Assembly (NCBI GenBank): GCA_963713605.1
Contig: CAVQMO010000004.1
Coordinates: 59,921-123,920, forward strand
DNA length: 64,000 nt
From: an uncultured Nitrososphaerales archaeon
GTDB lineage: Archaea > Thermoproteota > Nitrososphaeria > Nitrososphaerales > Nitrososphaeraceae
Reading direction: 5' to 3'
A program made the position numbers and the translations under genes. Positions 55,755 through 64,000 of this stretch are shown piece by piece (positions within the stretch are counted from its first letter, which is position 1; the number at the start of each line of letters is the position of its first letter). Under the pieces are notes generated by a model, which saw nothing but the letters and a program-made list of their open reading frames with translations, ran no database searches and was not told the DNA's origin.

Positions 55755-56276
55755 CTATTCTAATTCTGCCTTGATTCGTTGTACGAGTGCATCTGTAGTA
55801 ATGGGCTTCTTAATGAAACACCCTATACTCTTGAGTGGATGCACTTCCCTCATTGCATTCATATTTATCTCTCCCGCAGTCATGAAACATACTCTAACAT
55901 TGATATCCTTTTGTAACAGTTTCTGGCACAATTCAAACCCATTCATCACAGGCATGTTAATGTCAATAAGTAATAGGTCATAGAAATCAGGCCTAAATTC
56001 CATTAAGGCAGTTACCGGATTGTCATAACAGTCTACCCGCAAGGTTTTATCATTAATTTCTAAACCCATTCTTAAAGTAAGTGCAATATCAGAGTTATCA
56101 TCTATTACCATAATTCTTCTTTTTAGACCGGATTCTGATGAAATGGCTGATCCTTCTATAACATCCGATTTCGACTGCTTTTGGCCACTATCAATAGTCC
56201 CATAATGTGGTCCTTTATTACTACTATGCCTTGCATAGTCAAATGAAGTTCCTTGTTCGATACGTAAGACACACAT
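55755..56276 (-). CDS. Response regulator receiver protein
   Basis: IMVIDD, LLIDINMP.MNG, FMTA, IKKP. Confidence 0.92.
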   Translation of the reverse strand: MCVLRIEQGTSFDYARHSSNKGPHYGTIDSGQKQSKSDVIEGSAISSESGLKRRIMVIDDNSDIALTLRMGLEINDKTLRVDCYDNPVTALMEFRPDFYDLLLIDINMPVMNGFELCQKLLQKDINVRVCFMTAGEINMNAMREVHPLKSIGCFIKKPITTDALVQRIKAELE

Positions 56277-56675
56277 AGTCTCAATAAAAACTTTATGTTG
56301 TTTTATAATAGAAAATAAAGAAATCTTATGACACGACTCAAATTTTGCAAATCTTTTTTAATTTAATATCACTAATGCAAATTACTTCAATACGAATTGA
56401 AATTCATATCAACCCCCGAAGTAGCCGTGAGACAATAAGGCAGACGGTATCACCAACGCACAGTCTGTGATTATGTGGCTAAGGTTAAACGTCAGTGTTA
56501 CTAATTTAACCTAGCGATGGTTGAATCCCTGTAGAAACGTTTGATTCAGAAAGTCTTGTTGACCGTTACCACTTCAATGTTACTTTTTGAAGGTAACCTA
56601 TCTAATTCTTTTTTCAGTTTCATTTCTTTCACTCCGTTGATCGATTCAATGATTTCACAACGAGAATCTCCTGAG

Positions 56676-57093
56676 TTACTGAATTTTCGGTTGGACTCCA
56701 AACCTAATCGCATCATCAACTACTGTTGCGTTAGTCAGAAGTTCTAGTTTCATTGAATAGCAATCCTTTGCGAGGTTTAACGCCTTTACCTTGTCCATAT
56801 TTCCGGTGTTGCTTGCTCGCCGATATGTTCCACGCTTCTCGTAAAATGCTATTAAGGCCACAAAGTGTTTTCTCGTACTCTTCTGGAAGTTTTTCATCAA
56901 TGTACCTCATAATATTCTTTTTAGCCTCCTGCCATAGGTATTGAAGGTCTCTGTTGATGGTTGGTTGACTTGTATGCAAAATCCTTGCTATCTCAGGTTG
57001 GCTACGTCCCTGACTGGACAATTCGAGTACCTTGCTTCTTCGCCATTCTAGACTATTCACAGATGGATACAAACTATTCATAATGCCATTCAT
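56676..57093 (-). pseudogene. Multicopy HTH/helical protein, frameshift near 56815
   Basis: WRRSKVLELSSQGRSQPEIARIL...LP.EYE..L.GLN.IL.EAW joins KVKALNLAKDCYSMKLELLTNATVVDDAIRF. Confidence 0.75.
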
Positions 57094-57156
57094 GAAATAT
57101 AAGGCCTATTCATTTTCACGCTGGGGTTTTGCGTTAGTCGAGAATTTCTTAAGTTT

Positions 57157-57399
57157 GTGAGCCAAACCAGACGTAAGGCTCGTATTATCGCAGCAAGCAA
57201 ACGTGTGAGAAGGTGTGAAGCAAATCGTAACATCTGGCTTGTTGGCTCAGGCAATCCAAAGACTCCTAGCAAGTTTTACTGTGTGATGTGGTATCAAGAA
57301 CTAGACGAGTTTATCTGCGACTGTCTCACATTTACTTTTGAAATGACAGTACCATGTTGTCACATCTATCCGTGTGCGATACAAGAAGGGAGAACTTAG
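57157..57399 (+). CDS. SWIM zinc-finger protein
   Basis: W.V.S....FY.V...CDC..F.....CCHI. Confidence 0.7.
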   Translation: MSQTRRKARIIAASKRVRRCEANRNIWLVGSGNPKTPSKFYCVMWYQELDEFICDCLTFTFEMTVPCCHIYPCAIQEGRT

Positions 57400-57401
57400 A
57401 A

Positions 57402-57680
57402 ATGGCTTCGCGTAAAACCTACACATGCTTTGTATGCCAGAAAGCAGGACATGAAGTCCAAGTATTTTTAGATGGAAAGGATGAGCAAGGCCGTACCAAG
57501 AATTTGAACGTGGAGGGAACTAAACACACCTACCTAGAAAGTAGCCAACAACAACAAGCACAATCACAAAAATCTACGACGGTGATCACGGAACCCATTG
57601 CAAAAATTCTGAATGCCAAATTAGGTCGCATCATTGCACTACTGGAAACAGAACTAAAGAAAGAGGATTGCTATTTATGA
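57402..57680 (+). CDS. Small CxxC-containing protein
   Basis: ATG 3 nt after the SWIM stop; YTCFVCQKAGH and a coiled C-terminus. Confidence 0.6.
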   Translation: MASRKTYTCFVCQKAGHEVQVFLDGKDEQGRTKNLNVEGTKHTYLESSQQQQAQSQKSTTVITEPIAKILNAKLGRIIALLETELKKEDCYL

Positions 57681-58090
57681 TAACTCACCGCCTCTATACC
57701 ACCCTGCAGGCAAACATGATTCTTGTTGTTCCAACTATTCTTGTCATATTGATTATAATTTTTGGAGGTATTGGTGTGTATCTAGCAGAGCATGAACATC
57801 AAGGTGCCAATATAACTAAGTTGGGTGACGCCTTTTGGTGGGCTGTGGAAACAATCACCACTGTGGGATATGGCGATTACACTCCGATTACAACAATTGG
57901 ACGGATAATTGCAGTATTCGTGATGTTCTCCGGGATTGGTATCGTTGTATCTGTTTTAAGTATCATTGCACAGAGAAGATTGCAGCGAGTAGAATCAAGG
58001 TTTAAGTTGAAGACTGGAGTTCAATCCAGATTACTAGTTGATGAGACGAAGACGTCTATAAAAGGCAAACTGTGGTCTTGCTTTGCTTAG
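57677..58090 (+). CDS. Two-TM K+ channel pore protein, probably C-terminally truncated
   Basis: DAFWWAVETITTVGYGD.TP.T..GR. Confidence 0.9.
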   Translation: MITHRLYTTLQANMILVVPTILVILIIIFGGIGVYLAEHEHQGANITKLGDAFWWAVETITTVGYGDYTPITTIGRIIAVFVMFSGIGIVVSVLSIIAQRRLQRVESRFKLKTGVQSRLLVDETKTSIKGKLWSCFA

Positions 58091-58378
58091 CCCATCTGGA
58101 TGACACTTAGTACTATTACTATTAACGTTAACTAAACTCTTTTTTTCCACTGGCAGGCGCATGTTTGTCCTAGCCCATGCTATATCTTCTGCAATACTGC
58201 AGAATTGGCAGCATTCGCTCGTATTCCTATTGGGATGTTCTAAATCGATAGACCAATAATTTGGATCGACTATGATGATAGTATTCGGTACCCTGTCCTT
58301 AGCCGAAGAATAATTCTTGACAAAATCTGCTACATGGCGTTTGTGATTCGGATTCTTGCAATGTTGCTTATCTTTCAA
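58034..58378 (-). CDS. Hypothetical Cys/His-containing protein
   Basis: 114-aa ORF with HC...H and CCQFC. Confidence 0.35.
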   Translation of the reverse strand: MKDKQHCKNPNHKRHVADFVKNYSSAKDRVPNTIIIVDPNYWSIDLEHPNRNTSECCQFCSIAEDIAWARTNMRLPVEKKSLVNVNSNSTKCHPDGLSKARPQFAFYRRLRLIN

Positions 58379-58712
58379 ACGGCGATCTCGAAATAATGAA
58401 TGCGACTTGGTTCAAAAATACTATAACACTAAGGAGAGGGAGATGATGCATTCAGACTATCCTTGCAGTTCTAGCATTAGCCTCTATTATTACACAATCT
58501 CCCTTGATAGCAAGGTCTAGCAGGTTCATTTTCTTTTCGATTCATTGGCAGAGGATCGACGACCAAAAGTGCTATTCTCCAGATCTCTAAATCGCCTATC
58601 CTCTTTGGTTAACTTTAGTGTATGGATAGAGCATTTGATAAAAAGGGTGTGATATATTCTATAATAAAATGGTGTAACCATTTCTTTTGACCAATGAATG
58701 ATCATAATTGTT

Positions 58713-58931
58713 ATGTCAATGAGTCCGGGACTGAGAAATGTTCTAGATATTCTTGCGGAACTAGCGCACAATAACACTGAAACAGACGTATTCGAAAGTA
58801 ATATAATATCACAAAGCGGGCTTCCAAAATCTGAGGTTCAAATCTACTTAAACGAATTAGAGTCTCGGCGCTTCGCAGAGGAAGTACGACCTAGACCTAC
58901 ATTATTAACTAGCAATTATATTGGTTACTAG
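58713..58931 (+). CDS. Small wHTH protein
   Basis: IISQSGLPKSEVQIYLNELES. Confidence 0.55.
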   Translation: MSMSPGLRNVLDILAELAHNNTETDVFESNIISQSGLPKSEVQIYLNELESRRFAEEVRPRPTLLTSNYIGY

Positions 58932-59041
58932 TGAATATTAGTACCACTGTTTCGTTCAGAAATAACAATAACGGATGGTCAAGGTAGGAACAAGAAATTA
59001 GTTAGAAGGCAAGATGATAATAATTATCATAAGTGGAACAT

Positions 59042-59438
59042 TTGAGCGGTAAAGTGGTACAAAGATTACAATGGCGCAGGGATAAGGTAAGAGAACTATC
59101 TGTTAAGGGGCATAACCAAAGACAGATAGCGGCTCTTCTGAAGGTAGGTCTAGCATCAGTTAATGAAGATCTGCAGTTTCTTAGGAATGCAGACTAAGGC
59201 TAGCATCTCCAAGTATATCGAAGAGTATCTTCCAGCGGAGTATGAGAACTGTCTCGATGGACTAAATGACATCTTACAAGAAGGCTGGGCCATATCAACA
59301 AGTGCAGATTCAGACAATAAGGAAAGAATGCAAGCCTTGTCACTGGCAAAGGAATGCTATACTATGAAGCTCGGACTGTTGTCTTCTGCTCCTGTAGTAC
59401 TATCCTTGTGCAATTATGAACCTCTAAATAATCTCTGA
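59042..59438 (+). pseudogene. Second copy of the HTH/helical family, frameshift near 59185
   Basis: WRRDKVRELSVKGHNQRQIAALL...NEDLQFL joins YLPAEYENCLDGLN.IL.E.W...ALSLAKECY.MKL. Confidence 0.75.
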
Positions 59439-59676
59439 CCATTAACCATCATGATCGTAATACCTTGTCTTATCTGTTGCACGTTAGAAAGCACCAAGTA
59501 CTGGAGTAAGATTGATTGAACCATGCAAATAACACTGTTTTTTTAACCCGAAAATCTCTTATGCATTGTTCTGTATCCAAGCAGATGAGAAGACCCAATA
59601 AAAGCAATCAGGCTTATACTGATTGTCCAATCATCATTCTGCTAGTCGTTCAAAGTCAAATCAACTCTAGAGCTCG

Positions 59677-60141
59677 TCATGACGACTGTAATGCCGTATC
59701 TAAATCAACTTCAAAGTTCTTCAACAATCTATCTAAGCTCTTTTTTAGGTCTGTTATTCTTTTTTCTACCTCTGTCTTGAAACTTTCCTTATCCATTGAA
59801 GCATACACATGGTAGTATCCTCTTTCCTTCAAAGTTTTAGTTTCCTTACTCACAATGCGTTGATTTGCTAGTTTCTGTAGAGATCTAAAAACTGTAGTTT
59901 TATCCCTATCTGCTTTTTCAGACAACTCTTCTAGAGTGCTAGACTTTGGATTGATCTTGATCAAGAATAGCAATACTTCCAAATCCAAAGGGGATAGATC
60001 AAAAATAAAGGCAAGAAGATCTCTTATTGCTGAGTTAACTCTGGTAATCGAAAGAACCGATGATGAATGAATTGACATACTAGTAGTGATTATCCCCTCC
60101 TTCCTATGTCTACCTCTTTCTACCAAAGCGTATTTATACAT
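59677..60141 (-). CDS. TrmB-like HTH transcriptional regulator
   Basis: FIFDLSPLDLEVL..L, TLEELS....DKTTVFRSLQKL, GYYHVY. Confidence 0.85.
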   Translation of the reverse strand: MYKYALVERGRHRKEGIITTSMSIHSSSVLSITRVNSAIRDLLAFIFDLSPLDLEVLLFLIKINPKSSTLEELSEKADRDKTTVFRSLQKLANQRIVSKETKTLKERGYYHVYASMDKESFKTEVEKRITDLKKSLDRLLKNFEVDLDTALQSS

Positions 60142-60301
60142 ATTGTGTGGTATTTGTTAGTTTTGCCCAAGTTAAGCAAGCCTTAAATATCCTACTGCTA
60201 TCTAATAACATTAAGAAGCAATGTCCCTAAATCAGCGCGTACTTAGCTCATTATCTAGAAAAAGTAATAAAAATAAATATCAACAAACTGACTCAGATAG
60301 C

Positions 60302-60768
60302 ATGTACACTTTCACCAGTGCTCTCTGCTATATCCGACAACAAATCCCTCACATTGTTCACTGCCATTGCAAACGGGTCAAATCCCGCATCAGCAGCTGA
60401 TGAGCAGCAGCAGACCCATCGCCGAGATGCTTATATCACGTATGAATATGACTCGTAAGCAATATTATACGCGTATTAACCTCTTCCGTGAAGCAGGTTT
60501 GATTCGTAGGCAGGGAGTTAGATTTATTCTTACTTCACTTGGAAAAGTAGTCTATGAAACCCACAAGACAATAGGATTTGCAATCCACAACCGATGGAAA
60601 CTACAAGCGATAGATTCACTGGATACTTCTCTATCTACAACAGCAATGCCTATTGAAGAAAGACACAAACTTATCAAGGCGTTAATTGGAGATCACGAGG
60701 TTATACAAGATATTCTACTCTGCCAGAATGATGTCAATGTTAAAAATGATTATTTGTTAGCAGCCTAA
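60302..60768 (+). CDS. wHTH protein, frameshift near 60415
   Basis: ALSAISDNKSLTLFTAIA joins MTRKQYYTRI..F..AGLIRR.G..F.LTSLGKVVY. Confidence 0.7.
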
Positions 60769-61460
60769 ATCCATAGTTATCTACACAGCTTCATCATGAG
60801 GTTGCCTGTTAGTAGCATCTAAGATACACAATGTCTCTGCAATTCGGGCATTAGTCTAGTCTGCCAGACAAGGGAGATGGAAACTTGATATATTTAGATT
60901 GGGGCACCCTTCCTTCCTCCTTCACTAGCAATCGACTGTGACCGGGGTTTCGAAGAAGAAAGTGAAACCGGTGGTGGATCTGGTGAAGGTGAGGCAGTAG
61001 AAGAGTGATACTGAAAGATGCGTGTTTATCATTTATGCCTGCAGAAATATGGTTCTGCCGGACAAACTCGAAAAAAACATTTTATAGTTCAGTTGAAAAC
61101 GTCATTTGCTATACCAGAAGTTCCGCCAATAGGCTGGGATTGTTGTAATGGTTGTTCTGCAGTAGCTCCTTGTTAGAGATATTACCCAAATTCGCTACAC
61201 ACGGAGGCTTCTCCTCTCCTCTCGACGACTGGAAGTAAAGGCCTTGACGATTATACAGAAGCTGGCTATACTAAATGAAAATTGTGCTAGGCATCCGTAA
61301 TGTTTTTTAAGTAATAATAATGGAAATACAAGGGGACATTACCCCCATCAGTACAATATTATCTACTGTTGATCAATTAATTGATCAGCTACAGACTGAG
61401 AGTTCTTAATCTTGGGGCCGTCGGGGGCGAAAGTTTCTGCTTCCCTGCGCCAATATCTCT

Positions 61461-62456
61461 TCATGTGCTCTTGCCTAGTTGCAATCCGAATGCAGTTATG
61501 AGGTTAGGATGTATTTTTGTATGGACAATCATCATTATGTCCATTGGAGAAGCTTTGTCATTAATGCTCGAGCTTAATTCCTGGAATGCCGCTGTTATGT
61601 CATTAGTTACCGTTGCTGGAGTTCCAGATATGGAAGCATTCACTAGTCGATTATTAAATAGCTCTTGTACCTTCTGGGCTAGGATTTTTGCTGTATGATA
61701 GTCTGTCATGTTGACTATCTTGTATTGCTGCGATGAGGACATATCGCCCATTGACATGGACATACCGCCCATTGAAGGTTCAGATTGCTTCTGAATTCCG
61801 GTGGGTGCACCTTCTGTTGTGGGCGCCCCTACTTGCATTCCTATCTTATTTCCACCACTGGACATGTTACCGCCAACACCGACATTGCCCATATCCATAG
61901 AGGACATTGAACTCATTCCGACACCACCCATATCCATAGAGGACATCCCTCCGCCACCATCTCCCATCATCATGGACATGTTGGTCATATCAAATCCAAC
62001 CGCATAAGCATCCCCATAGTTTCTAAGGACACCGTCTAGTATCTCTACTAAGCTTAATGCTTGAATTGTAGAGTTACTCAATTCTTCTGGATCTATTCTT
62101 GCGGTGACTATCTCGTCAAGGATACCATTCAAGTCGCTTACTGTAAAGTTAATGTCATTAGCCGTACTGGGATTGGAAGTCGGTTCTGAAGAAGTCTTCA
62201 ATGTAATCAAGGTAGTCTTAAGATCATCAGACAATCTTGGATTTCTTTCTGCAATTTCCTTTGTTACGTTATCTGTCACAAGTGCCAATGCTCTGTTTGC
62301 ATGTTGGTTAGCCAAAGACACATTCTTACTTGCCAAATCATCCTGAACTGACTGAGCCTCGCCCTTAATAATGTCAACTAATCCAAGAAATTTCGCACTT
62401 TCATCAGGCGAAAAGTTGTGTCCTAATACAAGAGGACTATTGAATCCAATTAACAA
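61461..62456 (-). CDS. Secreted helical protein with Met/Gly-rich insert
   Basis: Hydrophobic leader then HNFSPDES; MSMMMGDGGGGMSSMDMGG...; C-terminal VHTKIHPNL; true start uncertain. Confidence 0.75.
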   Translation of the reverse strand: MLIGFNSPLVLGHNFSPDESAKFLGLVDIIKGEAQSVQDDLASKNVSLANQHANRALALVTDNVTKEIAERNPRLSDDLKTTLITLKTSSEPTSNPSTANDINFTVSDLNGILDEIVTARIDPEELSNSTIQALSLVEILDGVLRNYGDAYAVGFDMTNMSMMMGDGGGGMSSMDMGGVGMSSMSSMDMGNVGVGGNMSSGGNKIGMQVGAPTTEGAPTGIQKQSEPSMGGMSMSMGDMSSSQQYKIVNMTDYHTAKILAQKVQELFNNRLVNASISGTPATVTNDITAAFQELSSSINDKASPMDIMMIVHTKIHPNLITAFGLQLGKST

Positions 62457-63416
62457 AATCAGAGCAGACGCAAAAAATCCTGAGGTTAATTTTTGTCCAA
62501 TTCGTAAATTTAGTAGCGCAGTAATTAATTTTCGCGTACTGTGGCCACGAACGGCATTGGTAATATTGATCCCTCAGGTACGATCTAGATTTGTCAAGAG
62601 TGATGATTACAAAGGTTCATGATTTGCAATGATAGTTTTTGGAGTATGACAAAGAGTAGAATAAGCATAGTCAAGTCATTAGGATGTCTCGAAGACAACC
62701 ACCTGTATTGCGAAAGCAGGGATTGTCAATGCGAATGCCATTACCCATTCAGAGCCAGATAGTTCTTTGTCAAGTTAATGCTAAAACATCGAAGACAATC
62801 TGAAACTATCGAATAATCGTCATGTGAAGTTGCTTCCTTGTCCAACGATCCCTCTCCGTTCTCGACTGCCTACGCAATACAGTAACTAACTTGTTGTAGA
62901 TTCGCCAGACCAAATTGATGAAAAATAGGCAGGGGGGTTAGTGCTGTACATAAGCTATCAACAAGTTATGATTAGATTTTCTGCAAGGTATTAGGCTTAA
63001 AGCCTATAACATATGTTCTGGATTCCAGCATATAATAGAGGAGAACAGCATAGTAATCATACGAATAATAAGAGGAAATTCGGTTTTTACCTCAAGTCAT
63101 GAAGGAAGAGCAATAACTAAGACTTTCTATTGTCACAAGCCTGCATGAACATGATGATTTATTTGATGCAAAGGTTGTCAAGTACAGCTAATCTATTGGT
63201 TTGTAGCGTAGCGTAATTTTTGTATACAAGCAAAGGATAGTAATTCTGAACAATGTGCACGTCCAGTAAATTCTCCATGTGTGCCATCAATAATTCTAAA
63301 GTTCTAACTCTGATTGCCTCTCCACTGAACTTGACATCATCATGAAACTCCAGTAACCATATTTAGGCCACCGGCAAAACTATGAGTCACAATACTCGCC
63401 TTCTGCTGCTAAACAA

Positions 63417-63827
63417 TCAAAGTTTATTATATATATTATTATGTATCTTAGGCTCATGTGATGCTCCAAGAGCTGTTAAAGTACCAGTGTAGTCACCTGT
63501 AACCTCTGTCACAAAGTCAAAGTTATCCAATGTTTTGAGAATTTCAAGTGTTAATCTCATATTCGTAACATAGTGAGTACCATTGTCATATATTGCTGGA
63601 ACAAAGCCGGTAGTTTTCCATATATGATCTTTACACCATTCTGAATCGGTACCAGGCTTGGTAAATACTTCTACCATGTAAAAAGGTGCACGTTCAGATT
63701 TTTCTTCCTCACGTACCAGGAGGCCATGAAGAAGTACAGGATCTACTTTTGGAAAATATGTCTGATATAGAGTCTCAAGTCCATGCCAGACATATCTTAT
63801 TTCATTCATTTGTATGTCAGGCATCAT
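63417..63827 (-). CDS. Conserved hypothetical protein
   Basis: 136-aa ORF with well-formed globular sequence (FYMVEVFTKPG, PAIYDNGTHYVT). Confidence 0.7.
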   Translation of the reverse strand: MMPDIQMNEIRYVWHGLETLYQTYFPKVDPVLLHGLLVREEEKSERAPFYMVEVFTKPGTDSEWCKDHIWKTTGFVPAIYDNGTHYVTNMRLTLEILKTLDNFDFVTEVTGDYTGTLTALGASHEPKIHNNIYNKL

Positions 63828-64000
63828 TATTAGCGGACACGACCTGCTCCATAGCTAACATTCGTCTTCATGGCATATAATGATGTTTCATAGATGCTGC
63901 TTATTCCTTACTACCGTTTATTCCTTCAATGCACCAATTACTACGCCATATTCCACTACAGTAACTATCCCATCAGCAGGAAAGGACTAATTTCATAAAA

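Noticed and set aside
56474..56530. tRNA gene (GTGGCTAAG...GGTTGAATCCC)
   Set aside because: No cloverleaf or acceptor stem; only an 8-bp inverted repeat AGGTTAAA/TTTAACCT.
150..63880. Numerous short antisense or overlapping ORFs in the track (e.g. 5762-6049, 18215-18511, 48274-48570, 52171-52536, 61801-62346)
   Set aside because: They are shadows of well-supported genes on the opposite strand or in another frame.

Overview
AT-rich archaeal DNA whose gene content, lineage-typical multicopy families and TATA-proximal starts point to a soil-type ammonia-oxidising archaeon (Nitrososphaeraceae). That taxonomy is inferred from recognised families, not from a search. No core housekeeping genes, rRNA, intact tRNA or CRISPR array are visible. 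The window is an accessory patchwork: small regulators (Lrp, TetR, PadR, TrmB-like, REC), oxidoreductases (SDRs, NDH-2-like, Zn-ADH, PoxB-like, malic enzyme), K+ transport genes (two TMEM175, CBS-TrkH, a GYG channel), secreted putative copper proteins, and many orphan gene ends and frameshifted genes. The most notable locus is a translationally coupled operon at 17750-22160. It encodes an oversized NurA-like nuclease, a HerA ATPase (one-base frameshift), a DUF6884-like protein and a truncated GIY-YIG-like gene. It has no mre11/rad50 and lies divergent from a truncated MBL-fold nuclease, so it is a candidate uncharacterised HerA/NurA defence or DNA-processing system. Also notable are diverged 3'-end duplicates downstream of genes (one beside an integrase remnant), a paired-hairpin non-coding element, small genes missed by the ORF track, and a decayed virus-like cluster. 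All family assignments come from motif recognition by eye.
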